Shown: piece by piece, positions 8,952 to 18,294 of the stretch | Numbering within the stretch: the stretch's first letter is position 1 | Layout of the letters: each line of letters starts with the position of its first letter | Source: Candidatus Micrarchaeia archaeon | GTDB taxonomy: Archaea; Micrarchaeota; Micrarchaeia; Anstonellales; J096 | Reading direction: 5' to 3' | NCBI GenBank assembly: GCA_041500405.1 | Contig: JBGQMB010000001.1 | Coordinates: 20,376 to 84,375, forward strand | DNA length: 64,000 nucleotides | The notes under the pieces: generated by a model | The model's input: only the letters and a program-made list of their open reading frames with translations | Told to the model about the DNA's origin: nothing | Databases searched by the model: none | Program-made: the position numbers and the translations under genes

Positions 8952-10085
8952 TTATTTTTCATTTCCCCTGTTCTTTCCAATCTTTTCATAAAGCGCAACA
9001 ATCCTTTTTGTCTGCTTCACAATGTCATATTTCTTAGCCGCTTCCCTGCACTTCCTGCAGTTTCCGTGTTTCATGGCAAAACTGACTGCCTTCCCGAATT
9101 CATCCGCGTTTGAGAACACAAGCCTTTTGTCGACCTCTTCGGCAATTTCCGCCCCAGACGTCCCTTTTGCCGCTATGACCGGCATTCCGGACGCCAATGC
9201 CTCAACCACAACAAGGCCCTGGGTGTCAAACGGCGAGCAAAAGACCAGCGCGTTCGCCTTCCTGTAAAGCGCGTTCAGCCTTTTGTGCGGCACAAATCCC
9301 AGGAATTTCACGTCCCTTGAGACGCCGAGCCTTTTCGCCTCCTCCCTGTAATGCGCGATGCCAGGCCCGCCGCCTGCAACAACCAGTTTGGCCTTCTTTC
9401 CCTTTTCCTTCATCGCGGCCATCATGCACATTGCCGTGTCTATCCTTTTCTCCTTTACGACGCGGCCAACGTGGAGCAAAAGAGGAATTCCCCTATTGGG
9501 TTTGCGCATAGCCTTGAGGTATCTGCCTAACTCTATGCCGTTCGGGAAAACAGCGGATTTTATGCCGTGGTCCGAGAGCATTTTCGCCGCAGTCTCCGAC
9601 GGCGCAAGAACAGCGTCGTAGTTCGAGTAAAGCCATCTCAGATAGTGCCACGCGATTGCCTCGAAGTGGCGGTCAAGCATCTTGAATTTGGATATGTAAT
9701 GCGTCGCTCCCGCGACGTTCGTGTGGAACGTAACAACTTTCGGGACATTGAGCCTCTTTGCCACCCTGTACGCCGCTATGCTGGTGAAAGCAATGCCGTG
9801 GCTATGCACCGCATCTATCTTCAGTTCCCTGCATTTCCTTGCCAGCGCGTCTATGCCAAGCGTGGCCTCATGCACCATGGCTATCCTGTACTGCGGATAT
9901 GGCGCAAACGGATGGGACTCGAAATAATGCACTTCCTTGTCAACCCAGCTTTCCCTTGATGGGGATGGCGCAAAAACATAGACAGTATGCCCGTTCCTTT
10001 CAAGCTCGCCCTTAAGAAGTTCAATGCACCTGACAACTCCATCAACGTTTGGCTTGTAGCTGTCCGTGAAAAAGGCAATGTTCAA
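8952..10085 (-). CDS. glycosyltransferase family 4
   Basis: MNIAFFTDSYKPNVDGV, GRVVKEK, DTQGLVVVEALASG. Confidence 0.92.
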   Translation of the reverse strand: MNIAFFTDSYKPNVDGVVRCIELLKGELERNGHTVYVFAPSPSRESWVDKEVHYFESHPFAPYPQYRIAMVHEATLGIDALARKCRELKIDAVHSHGIAFTSIAAYRVAKRLNVPKVVTFHTNVAGATHYISKFKMLDRHFEAIAWHYLRWLYSNYDAVLAPSETAAKMLSDHGIKSAVFPNGIELGRYLKAMRKPNRGIPLLLHVGRVVKEKRIDTAMCMMAAMKEKGKKAKLVVAGGGPGIAHYREEAKRLGVSRDVKFLGFVPHKRLNALYRKANALVFCSPFDTQGLVVVEALASGMPVIAAKGTSGAEIAEEVDKRLVFSNADEFGKAVSFAMKHGNCRKCREAAKKYDIVKQTKRIVALYEKIGKNRGNEK

Positions 10086-10089
10086 GTTT

Positions 10090-10779
10090 TCACCTTATCG
10101 GCTCGTACTCTGTCCCCGTCTTGTTAAGCAGGTTCGCCTCTATGAAATTCCTTGCATGGAAAAACGTGTATTTCAGGTATCCCCATTTCCTCATCCTTCT
10201 GGGGCTTGTGAACGCGAACGCGTCCTTGCTGTGGATTATCCTTCCATGCCTTTTTGCCGCCCTTACAAGCATGGTGTCCTCCCCGGTCATCACGTGCGGG
10301 AACCCGCCTATCTTGCGGTAGAACTTCCTTTCAAGCGCTATGTTGTCCGCGTTTGCGTAGACAAGGTTGAGCATGGACGTTGCTGGAAGCAAAACCTTAT
10401 TCACCAGGTGCCCTCCCCATTCTTCCAGGAAGTTGGGCTGGTCTATGTAAAGGCTCCCCATGACCGCGTCCGCCCTTTTCTCTATTATCGGCTCCGTTAT
10501 CCTTTCAAGCCAGCCCTTGGGGTAAATCGCGTCCGCTGAACAGCTTATGAGTATTGTTCCCCTTCCAGCCCGCATGGCCTTGTCCCTTGAGCGGCCTATG
10601 CTCCCGCGCGGGTCGAAAATGACCTTGGCGCCGATGTCCTCCGCTATTTTAACAGTTCCATCGCTGCTATAGCTGTCAACCACTATTGCCTCGATTTTAC
10701 CGCTTTGCCTAAAAAGGCTGTCAAGGCACTTTCCGATGTACTTTCCCTCATTGTACGTCGGTATAGTGAAGGTTATCAT
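10090..10779 (-). CDS. glycosyltransferase family 2
   Basis: IPTYNE, VVDSYSSDGT, GGF...GED, TSPRR. Confidence 0.9.
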   Translation of the reverse strand: MITFTIPTYNEGKYIGKCLDSLFRQSGKIEAIVVDSYSSDGTVKIAEDIGAKVIFDPRGSIGRSRDKAMRAGRGTILISCSADAIYPKGWLERITEPIIEKRADAVMGSLYIDQPNFLEEWGGHLVNKVLLPATSMLNLVYANADNIALERKFYRKIGGFPHVMTGEDTMLVRAAKRHGRIIHSKDAFAFTSPRRMRKWGYLKYTFFHARNFIEANLLNKTGTEYEPIR

Positions 10780-10812
10780 GCGTTTTCCGTGTTGTGCAAA
10801 CAATTAATAACC

Positions 10813-11736
10813 CTATTGGCTGCTGCCTTCGGCGGCGCCTTCGGCGGGCTCTTCCACAAACTCTGTTTTCACATCAAGGCCGCTAACCCGCCTTATCCTT
10901 TCAATATGCCTTTCTATGCGCTCGAGCAGCCTTAGCGTCCTCTGCCCTGTTTTCATTGCATCGGTCTGCATTCTTTCCCCGACTCTCCTTTGGGATCCCT
11001 TCCTCAGCATCGCATCCCGCGAAAACTTGACGGATATTGCCGCGGCTGTTCCAGATGCAACAGCTATCCCAACGGATATCAGCATCTCGGCCAAGCGCTC
11101 AGATTGCGGCAGCGGCTCTATGCCCGGCGGCGCTGCGCTGTCAAGCCTTACCATCTCAATCATCAGGGACATAAGCACGATTCCGCCAAGGTATCCGCCC
11201 CATATGGCCCCGGTTTTCCAGTTTTTCTTGCTATGTGCCTTTAGCGGAAGCCCGTCATAATATCCTATGTCGCTCCTTGCAGACCCGAGCGATTCAACCA
11301 TTTCCGCATTTACCGCATTGAATACCTCCGCGCACTTCCTGCGCGCAAGGTCCAGCGCCTCGCCGACCTTTGTCATATCGCCGCTGAACGTTTCGCTGCC
11401 CGGCTTTATTTCCATAATGCTGTTCTTGAGCAGCGAAAGGCCCAGTATCGGGCTCTCGCAAAGCACCACATCATTCTTGGCTTCGGCATTATCCTCTTTC
11501 TTTTCGTTCTTAATTTTCATAGAGGTTGTGGTTGTCTTGGTCTTAGGAGGCTCCTTTTTCGGGGCCAGCCTCTCCATCCGCTCCATGCAGTCCTTTGCTT
11601 TCGCGATGCAGCGGAGCGCCATCTTCTTTTCGTGGCCCGCAACCAGCTTTTTCACGCATTTCGGCATCTGGGGCTTCCTGAAATGGGCCTGAAAATATGC
11701 CTGTATTTTCTCCATCCTCTCGCCTGGTTCTGCCAT
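10813..11736 (-). CDS. hypothetical protein with two hydrophobic segments
   Basis: About 307-aa ORF filling the gap; TATA-like TTTTTAAA upstream. Confidence 0.6.
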   Translation of the reverse strand: MAEPGERMEKIQAYFQAHFRKPQMPKCVKKLVAGHEKKMALRCIAKAKDCMERMERLAPKKEPPKTKTTTTSMKIKNEKKEDNAEAKNDVVLCESPILGLSLLKNSIMEIKPGSETFSGDMTKVGEALDLARRKCAEVFNAVNAEMVESLGSARSDIGYYDGLPLKAHSKKNWKTGAIWGGYLGGIVLMSLMIEMVRLDSAAPPGIEPLPQSERLAEMLISVGIAVASGTAAAISVKFSRDAMLRKGSQRRVGERMQTDAMKTGQRTLRLLERIERHIERIRRVSGLDVKTEFVEEPAEGAAEGSSQ

Positions 11737-11806
11737 ATACACTTACTATTTGAAACAATTTAAAAAGCTGGCGCTGGTTCAGCTGCCGTTTCCGCCGCGC
11801 CTGCCA

Positions 11807-13165
11807 TCACATGTGGAAGTACTGGTCGAACTCGTAGGCGTTCGGTATCATGCTCCCCATCCTCTGCTCCTTTATCTTCTGTTCTAGGTAATCAACAAGC
11901 AGTTCCGGGGTTATTACGCCCTTCACGAAATCAACGTCGTTTTCCATGGCATCTATCGCCGTCATCAGGTCCCTTGGGAAGTCCTCAACCTTGAGCCTCT
12001 TCCTTTCCTTTGACTGCATTGTCGAAGGCCTTTCAGTGAGCATCTCCATCGGAGGCTCGGTCTTTCTTTTCACTCCGTCAAGGCCTGCGGCCATTATGAC
12101 GGAATAGGCCAGGAACGGGTTGAGCGTCGGGTCCGGGAAGGTCGCGACTATCCTGGCGTCCTTTCCGGAATTGTCTATGAAAACCGCGTTTGACTTGTCC
12201 GCATTGCCCCAGGACATGTATTTCGGATCCTCGTAGAACCTCTTGTATGAGTTTGTCGTGGGGTTTGTGAAAAGCATGAGAGCTTTCAAATGCTCCAGTA
12301 TGCCTCCGACAAAATACCTTGCGTTGTCGCTGATTCCGTCCTTTTTGCCGTAGAACACGTTTTCGCCCTTGTCTCCGATTGCCGATATCTCAAGCTCAAG
12401 GCCGCTTCCCTTTTCAGACGGTATCGGCATGGGCATGAACGTGGCGTTTACGCCGTTCAGGAAACCGACCGTCCTTGCCACCTGCTTGAAGGACGTGAAT
12501 GCAAATGCGGATGTTATGAAGTCCAGGTCCTTTATGAACATGGCCTGGTGCGAACTGTTGTTCCTGCCGTGCATGTGCCTTTCAACCGCGTATCCAAATT
12601 GCGAATAGACCTGGCATATCTGCTGCCTTATGCCGTTGTAAAGGTCGTTCGGGAACGATGCGGCATTCATGTTTTCCATTATCGGCGCGTTCGGGGTCCA
12701 CTTGCTTTCCTTGCTTCCGAGCGTTACGGCAGAGCCTCCCTCCTTGTAGGTCCTATCCACGCCGTACCTGTCAAAGACGTAGAACTCCACCTTCTGCCTC
12801 ACGATGATCTTGCTGATTCCGAGCGCATCCGCGTTCTTTCCGAGCCTGTCGGCGGCGTAAACAGGGTCCTTGAGGTGCCTTGTCCCGTCAGTTTTCTGTA
12901 TCCTGCAGATGAGCCTTGCGTTCTTGTCCCCCATGTCAACGTACGTGTCCAAATCCGGGACAAGGACAAGCTTCTCGTAATAGTCGTCATTGAAGATGCT
13001 GCCGACATTGTCAGCCTCGATTCCTTTTTCGAAGTCGCTTGCCGCGATGAGTTCCCTGTTGACGCTGACCTCCCTCACGGAGCCGAAAATGTCTATGAAC
13101 TGCAGATTCAGCCACTTTATCCCGTTGGAGTTCATCTTATCCATAATTTCGTTTGAGCTTGGCAT
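11807..13165 (-). CDS. glutamine synthetase type I-like protein, catalytically degenerate
   Basis: LQFIDIFG, LVPDLDT, ATFMPMP, GSG, NPTTNSYKR, FPDPTLNPFLA; most metal and substrate ligands substituted. Confidence 0.88.
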   Translation of the reverse strand: MPSSNEIMDKMNSNGIKWLNLQFIDIFGSVREVSVNRELIAASDFEKGIEADNVGSIFNDDYYEKLVLVPDLDTYVDMGDKNARLICRIQKTDGTRHLKDPVYAADRLGKNADALGISKIIVRQKVEFYVFDRYGVDRTYKEGGSAVTLGSKESKWTPNAPIMENMNAASFPNDLYNGIRQQICQVYSQFGYAVERHMHGRNNSSHQAMFIKDLDFITSAFAFTSFKQVARTVGFLNGVNATFMPMPIPSEKGSGLELEISAIGDKGENVFYGKKDGISDNARYFVGGILEHLKALMLFTNPTTNSYKRFYEDPKYMSWGNADKSNAVFIDNSGKDARIVATFPDPTLNPFLAYSVIMAAGLDGVKRKTEPPMEMLTERPSTMQSKERKRLKVEDFPRDLMTAIDAMENDVDFVKGVITPELLVDYLEQKIKEQRMGSMIPNAYEFDQYFHM

Positions 13166-13208
13166 AATACCACGTCTTCCTTTTGGGGTCAAGCTGTTTT
13201 TAAATCTT

Positions 13209-13553
13209 TTAGCGCTTCACACTCAACCTTACATTTCCTGCAATCGAATCGTGGTTCACTGAAACCGATTCGGCTTCCGCGCCGTCGCATCCGGACTCAA
13301 TGGCGCAGAACGGCGTTTCGTAGGACACGCAGGCGCCTGACATCTTTGCCATCTTCACAATATCGGCTTCAAGCCCGACGGGGTCAGAGCAATAGAACAT
13401 GCCTGTTCCGTGCCTGGCATAAAGGGTTGAGAGCATGTCCTCCGCTATCGCATACTGCGCCGCCCTCCTGTCGTCCCCGCCGTAGAATATCGGGACCATT
13501 GGCAGCATCGCGACCAGCAGCAAAAGCGAGACAGCGGCCTCAAGCGCCTTCAT
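13209..13553 (-). CDS. small secreted or membrane-anchored hypothetical protein
   Basis: N-terminal hydrophobic LEAAVSLLLLVAML, four Cys in the C-terminal part. Confidence 0.55.
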   Translation of the reverse strand: MKALEAAVSLLLLVAMLPMVPIFYGGDDRRAAQYAIAEDMLSTLYARHGTGMFYCSDPVGLEADIVKMAKMSGACVSYETPFCAIESGCDGAEAESVSVNHDSIAGNVRLSVKR

Positions 13554-13597
13554 GGTTAAGCATTCCAGAATAAGCTTTTAATCCATAGCGCAACAAT

Positions 13598-13643
13598 GGG
13601 CCCGCTGCAGCGATGACCCTGCTGGTCCATTTGCAGCAGGCCC
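13598..13643 (-). other. 12-bp hairpin resembling the tRNA-Ile acceptor end
   Basis: GGGCCUGCUGCA pairs with UGCAGCGGGCCC (one G-U); 11-bp direct repeat of the tRNA 3' end at 13597-13607 and 13666-13676. Confidence 0.55.
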
Positions 13644-13665
13644 TCGGGAGCCATGCCGTATTATT

Positions 13666-13739
13666 TGGGCCCGCTGGGAGTTGGACCCAGGACCTTTCGA
13701 TTATCAGTCGAACGCTCTACCAGGCTGAGCTACGAGCCC
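13666..13739 (-). tRNA. tRNA-Ile(GAT)
   Basis: GGGCTCG/CGGGCCC acceptor stem, D arm GCTC-AGCCTGGTA-GAGC, anticodon arm TTCGA-CTGATAA-TCGAA, T arm CTGGG-TCCAACT-CCCAG; CCA not encoded. Confidence 0.95.
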
Positions 13740-13890
13740 CATTGGCATTTAAACGTAGGAAAACGTGCAGGAAAAGGTTTTTAACACGCTTGCCTTTGCG
13801 GTTTTGGCAGAACAATCATTTTTGTGTCTTTTTGTGGCAGAAAGCAATCTTTTTAAACCGTTTGTGGATAGTTATCCAAAAGGTATCATT

Positions 13891-15156
13891 ATGGCAGAAC
13901 AAACCGTTGCACCAGGGGCAAAGCTCAATCCGAATTACAGGAAGCTTGCGGCAGGCTATCTTTTTCCGGAGATAGCGAAAAGAGCGAATGCATTTGCGGC
14001 CAAAAATCCGGACGCAAAGATAATCAGGCTGGGCATAGGCGACACTGTTTTGCCCTTGACAGCTACGGTCATAGAGCACCTGCACAGGGGCGTCGACAAG
14101 CTTTCAAAGCAGGAGACATATTCTGGCTATGGAGAAGAGCATGGGGACATCAGGCTGAGGAAAGCGCTGGCTGATTATTACAGGAAAACGAGATATGTAG
14201 AGATTGAATCAGAAGAATTTTTTATAAGCGACGGGGCGAAATGCGACTCAGGAAACATTCAGTCCATTTTCGACATAAAAAACATCGTTGCTGTGCAGGA
14301 CCCGGCATACCCGGTCTACGTTGACACGAACGTGGCATCAGGAAGGTCCGAAGAATACAACGCTGACCTTTCATGCTATTCAGGGATAGTGTACATGCCG
14401 TGCAATGCATCAAACGGGTTTTTCCCGGATGTCCCGAAACAGCATGTTGACCTGATATACATCTGCAGCCCGAACAACCCGACCGGCGCGGCTGCAACAA
14501 AGGAGCAGCTGAAGACAATTGTCGAATATTCAATAGCTGAAAAGGCCATAATACTGTTCGACTCCGCATACTTCATGTTCATAAGCGACCCTTTGCTGCC
14601 AAAGAGCATTTATGAGATAGAAGGCGCAAGGCAATGCGCGATTGAGATTAGCAGCTTCTCAAAATGGGCAGGCTACACCGGTGTAAGAGGGGGCTGGTCC
14701 ATTGTGCCAAAGACGCTCATTACCGCTGATTCCAAGCCTGGAGAGGTCCATACTGTATGGAGCCTGTGGCACAGGAGACAGCGCACCTTCTTCAACGGGC
14801 CTTCAAACATAGCCCAGGAAGGGGCACTTGGAGTCCTTACAGAAAAGGGCCTTGCGGAAAGCCAGGGGCTGATTGACTATTACATGCACAACGCAACGAT
14901 ATTGGCGGAGTGCTTCAAGAAACTGGGTCTTGAAGTGTATGGCGGGAAAAACGCGCCTTTCCTTTGGGTAAGGACGCCAAACGGCATGAAATCCTGGGAG
15001 TTCTTCGACAAGATGCTCAACGAGGCTCATGTCGTCGTCACTCCGGGCTCAGGTTTCGGGCCAAGCGGAGAAGGGTATTTCAGGGTCAGCGCATTCGGCA
15101 TGAGGGACAGCATAAACGCCGGCGTTGAAAGCATAAAGTCAAACCTTAAGCTGTGA
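13891..15156 (+). CDS. dapL: LL-diaminopimelate aminotransferase
   Basis: GYLFPEIAKR, IIRLGIGD, SDGAKCD, YPVYVDTNV, CSPNNPTG, SFSKWAGYTGVR, TPGSGFG..GEGYFRVSAF. Confidence 0.93.
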   Translation: MAEQTVAPGAKLNPNYRKLAAGYLFPEIAKRANAFAAKNPDAKIIRLGIGDTVLPLTATVIEHLHRGVDKLSKQETYSGYGEEHGDIRLRKALADYYRKTRYVEIESEEFFISDGAKCDSGNIQSIFDIKNIVAVQDPAYPVYVDTNVASGRSEEYNADLSCYSGIVYMPCNASNGFFPDVPKQHVDLIYICSPNNPTGAAATKEQLKTIVEYSIAEKAIILFDSAYFMFISDPLLPKSIYEIEGARQCAIEISSFSKWAGYTGVRGGWSIVPKTLITADSKPGEVHTVWSLWHRRQRTFFNGPSNIAQEGALGVLTEKGLAESQGLIDYYMHNATILAECFKKLGLEVYGGKNAPFLWVRTPNGMKSWEFFDKMLNEAHVVVTPGSGFGPSGEGYFRVSAFGMRDSINAGVESIKSNLKL

Positions 15157-15158
15157 TC

Positions 15159-16448
15159 ATGATGTCGCAAAAAACATTGCCGTTCACAAAGCACCAGGTA
15201 GAAAAGCTGGCGCAATGCCAGCCTACGCCGTTCTACATTTACCACGAAAAGGGAATAAAGGAGACCGCAGGGGGGCTGAACAGCGCATTTTCTTGGGTTC
15301 CAAGGGGATTCAGGAACTATTTTGCTTTCAAGGCCTGCCCAAACCTCTTCATACTGGAAAGGCTGAAAAAACAGGGACTCGGCGCTGACTGCAGTTCTAT
15401 GTCTGAACTGCAAATGGCTGAAATGGTCGGGATGAAGGGCGAGGACATAATGTTCACGTCCAACGACACGCCTGCCGAGGAGTTCCAGTATGCAAAGGAG
15501 CTTGGAGCGATAATAAATTTGGATGACATCAGCCACCTGCCTTTCCTTGAGGAGTATTGTGGCGGCCTTCCAGACCTGCTTTGCTTCAGGCTCAACCCAG
15601 GCAAGATTGTCCAAGGGAACAAGATCATAGGGCAGCCGGAAGAGGCGAAATATGGGCTGACACCCGACCAGCTTTTCAAGGCATACAAAATCGCGAAAGC
15701 CAAGGGCGTGAAAAGGTTCGGCATTCATATGATGGTGGCGTCCAACGAGCTGGACCCGCAAAAGTTCATTGACGACGTAAGGATGCTTGTCGAAATACAG
15801 CTAAAGCTGAAAAAGGACTTTTCAATAAACCTGGAATTCATCAACAGGGGCGGCGGAATAGGCATAGCCTACAGGCCAGAGCAGAATGATGTCGATCTTG
15901 ACTTTGTTTCAGAAGGGATAAGGAAGGAATTTTCCAGGCTTGAAGGCATAGTTGATCCCATGCCAAGGCTGTTCATGGAATGCGGAAGGATGATTACTGG
16001 GCCGCACGGCTACCTTGTATCAACTGTCAGGCACATAAAACACATATACAGGGACTATGTCGGCCTTGACGCATGCATGGCGAACCTGATGAGGCCTGCG
16101 CTTTATGGGTCATACCACCACATAACCGTGATGGGCAAGGAGAACATGCCGCTGGACCACATTTACGACGTCACTGGCTCGCTTTGCGAGAACAATGACA
16201 AGTTTGCAATCCAGAGGCCGTTGCCGGAGATTGTGCCTGGAGACATCGTTGTCATCCACGACGCGGGCGCTCATGGATATGCGATGGGCTTTCAGTACAA
16301 TGGCAAGCTCAGGTGCGCGGAGTTCCTGCTAAGGGAAAAGGACGGAGAATTCCAGATGATAAGACGGGCAGAAACAACTTCGGACTACCTCTCGACTTTC
16401 GACTTCGAGGGCTCAAAGTTCCGCGATGCGGTAAGGGAGATGGAATAA
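15159..16448 (+). CDS. lysA: diaminopimelate decarboxylase
   Basis: TPFYIY, PLP lysine FAFKACPN, GGG, ECGR, LMRPALY, GSLCENND, AGAHG. Confidence 0.93.
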   Translation: MMSQKTLPFTKHQVEKLAQCQPTPFYIYHEKGIKETAGGLNSAFSWVPRGFRNYFAFKACPNLFILERLKKQGLGADCSSMSELQMAEMVGMKGEDIMFTSNDTPAEEFQYAKELGAIINLDDISHLPFLEEYCGGLPDLLCFRLNPGKIVQGNKIIGQPEEAKYGLTPDQLFKAYKIAKAKGVKRFGIHMMVASNELDPQKFIDDVRMLVEIQLKLKKDFSINLEFINRGGGIGIAYRPEQNDVDLDFVSEGIRKEFSRLEGIVDPMPRLFMECGRMITGPHGYLVSTVRHIKHIYRDYVGLDACMANLMRPALYGSYHHITVMGKENMPLDHIYDVTGSLCENNDKFAIQRPLPEIVPGDIVVIHDAGAHGYAMGFQYNGKLRCAEFLLREKDGEFQMIRRAETTSDYLSTFDFEGSKFRDAVREME

Positions 16449-16485
16449 ACTCCCTTTTTTAAATTTTCCCGAACAATCCAATTGC

Positions 16486-17217
16486 ATGATTTACGTTGTT
16501 GATATAGACGGGACCATTTTCATAGAGGGCGTCGGGGCGATTGACGGCGCCGTTGAATTTGTTGAAAAATTAAAGAAAAAGGGCCCGGTCTACATAATGA
16601 CCAACAACTCCACCCAGTCGTCCATCCAAATAGCAGAGAAAGTATATCCGGTCAAGGTTGATGCGGCGCATATACTTTCAACGCTCCCGATGGTGGAATA
16701 TGTCATAAAAAGGGACAATATCAAAAGCGCATTCTATATAGGCAACTTCGTGCTTGAGCAGTTCATACTCAACTCGGGGTCAAGGATAAGCGACAAGGAG
16801 GCGGATGCGGTCTTTATAGGCTACACCAAGAACCCGAAATTCGCGAACATAACAAAGGCGGCAAGGCTTTTGAGAAAAGGCGCGAGGCTCTATGCGCTCG
16901 GCATCGACTCTTTTTACCCAATATTCGGCAGGCCGACGCCTGGCGTGGGCTACCTTGTGGGCTCGTTCGAGTACCTTTCAGGGCAAAAGCCGACGCTGCT
17001 CGGAAAGCCGGGCACAACAATGCTGGACTTCATAGTCCACAAGGAAAAGGCGAAAAAGGAGGACATCATTGTCATTGGCGACAATCCGGAAACTGACATG
17101 AGAATGGCAAACGCCTACGGATGCAGGGGCATATTGGTTGGAAAAAGGGAGGACAAGCGCGCGACCTGGTGCGTAAGGGACCTGAAATCTGCCATGCAGA
17201 TAATAGAGAAACTATGA
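16486..17217 (+). CDS. HAD-IIA (NagD-like) phosphatase
   Basis: DIDGT, TNNS, LGKP, IGDNPETD. Confidence 0.92.
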   Translation: MIYVVDIDGTIFIEGVGAIDGAVEFVEKLKKKGPVYIMTNNSTQSSIQIAEKVYPVKVDAAHILSTLPMVEYVIKRDNIKSAFYIGNFVLEQFILNSGSRISDKEADAVFIGYTKNPKFANITKAARLLRKGARLYALGIDSFYPIFGRPTPGVGYLVGSFEYLSGQKPTLLGKPGTTMLDFIVHKEKAKKEDIIVIGDNPETDMRMANAYGCRGILVGKREDKRATWCVRDLKSAMQIIEKL

Positions 17218-18294
17218 CTTGTCGAACGCTTCCATTATCTTTTCCGCGCTTCCTTTGTATTTTATCCCGCGCCTGTCAAAATGGGCCTTTGTCGCGCTTC
17301 CGCCCATCTTTTTGAAGCTGTTTATGACATCTTCTGTCTTCGGCGGGCTCATTTTCCTGTATTTTGACGCGTCTGAAAGCGAAAGGAAGAATGGCGGATA
17401 GCCCAGTTCGCCCTTTATCAATTCCAGCATGCGCTTTGCCTCCCCGTCCGCGTTCTTCAGCGCTTTTTTGGCTATGTTCCTGTCCGCAAGGTCTCCCGTC
17501 CACAGCGGGCCGGCATAATCGTAATATTTTTTTTCGATTATCGGCTTTTTTGACGTTTTCACAAAAACGGAATCCTTGTCAAGCGCAAAAACATACCCGA
17601 GATTTTCCAGGTTCGCGTCGCAATGCTCCGCCCCGCGCCTCAATCTCAGGATTATCTTCATCTGGTGCCTGTAATAGAAGCACAGCAGCGGCTCTATCCC
17701 GAAATTAAACTCATGCGCGCTTTCCATAACCCTTTTGACCAATATCCTCAACCCTGTTTCGTGGCAGAACTCGTTGAGCATGGGCTTTGAATGGTAATTT
17801 TTTATGCACGGTTTTGGGTGAGTCCCGCAGAGCACCGCGGTGTCGGTCGCGGTTGCGGAAATGTACGCAACCTTTTCCCTGCGCATCGCCCTTATTGCGG
17901 AATGCAGTGACGGAACCGGGCTTCCGAATGGGTCAAGGTCTATGAAATTGTATTTTCCGTATCCGTCATTCAGCATGTATCTTATCGCATCAGACTTAAT
18001 CACGTTTCCATTTATTTTGTGCTTCTTCAGGTTTTTCTTCAACGATTTCACCGCGTTTGGCTCGGCGTCAACAAAGTCAACGCTTTCAACGTTTTTGCAT
18101 TCAAGCGCATAGCGCATGCCCCTTATGCCTGATGCGGCGAACGCGTCAAGCACCCTGAGCTTGTCATCTATCTCATTGATTGCAAGCGAGGAAAGGGTCC
18201 TGCTGAGCTCCATGAAGGGGTTGTAGAACACGTTTTTTCCAATATGGAAAATAAGCCCGTTTTCTGTTATTGCCTTTGCGCCCTGGGATGCCAC
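17212..18294 (-). CDS. trm1: tRNA (guanine26-N2)-dimethyltransferase
   Basis: VFYNPFM..SR, DAFAASGIRGMRY, IDLDPFGSP, TATD, HETGLRIL, AGPLWTG. Confidence 0.95.
   Translation of the reverse strand: MASQGAKAITENGLIFHIGKNVFYNPFMELSRTLSSLAINEIDDKLRVLDAFAASGIRGMRYALECKNVESVDFVDAEPNAVKSLKKNLKKHKINGNVIKSDAIRYMLNDGYGKYNFIDLDPFGSPVPSLHSAIRAMRREKVAYISATATDTAVLCGTHPKPCIKNYHSKPMLNEFCHETGLRILVKRVMESAHEFNFGIEPLLCFYYRHQMKIILRLRRGAEHCDANLENLGYVFALDKDSVFVKTSKKPIIEKKYYDYAGPLWTGDLADRNIAKKALKNADGEAKRMLELIKGELGYPPFFLSLSDASKYRKMSPPKTEDVINSFKKMGGSATKAHFDRRGIKYKGSAEKIMEAFDKS

Noticed and set aside
13745..13890. Possible lysine riboswitch before dapL
   Set aside because: Too short once the divergent tRNA promoter is allowed for; no L-box consensus or long helices visible
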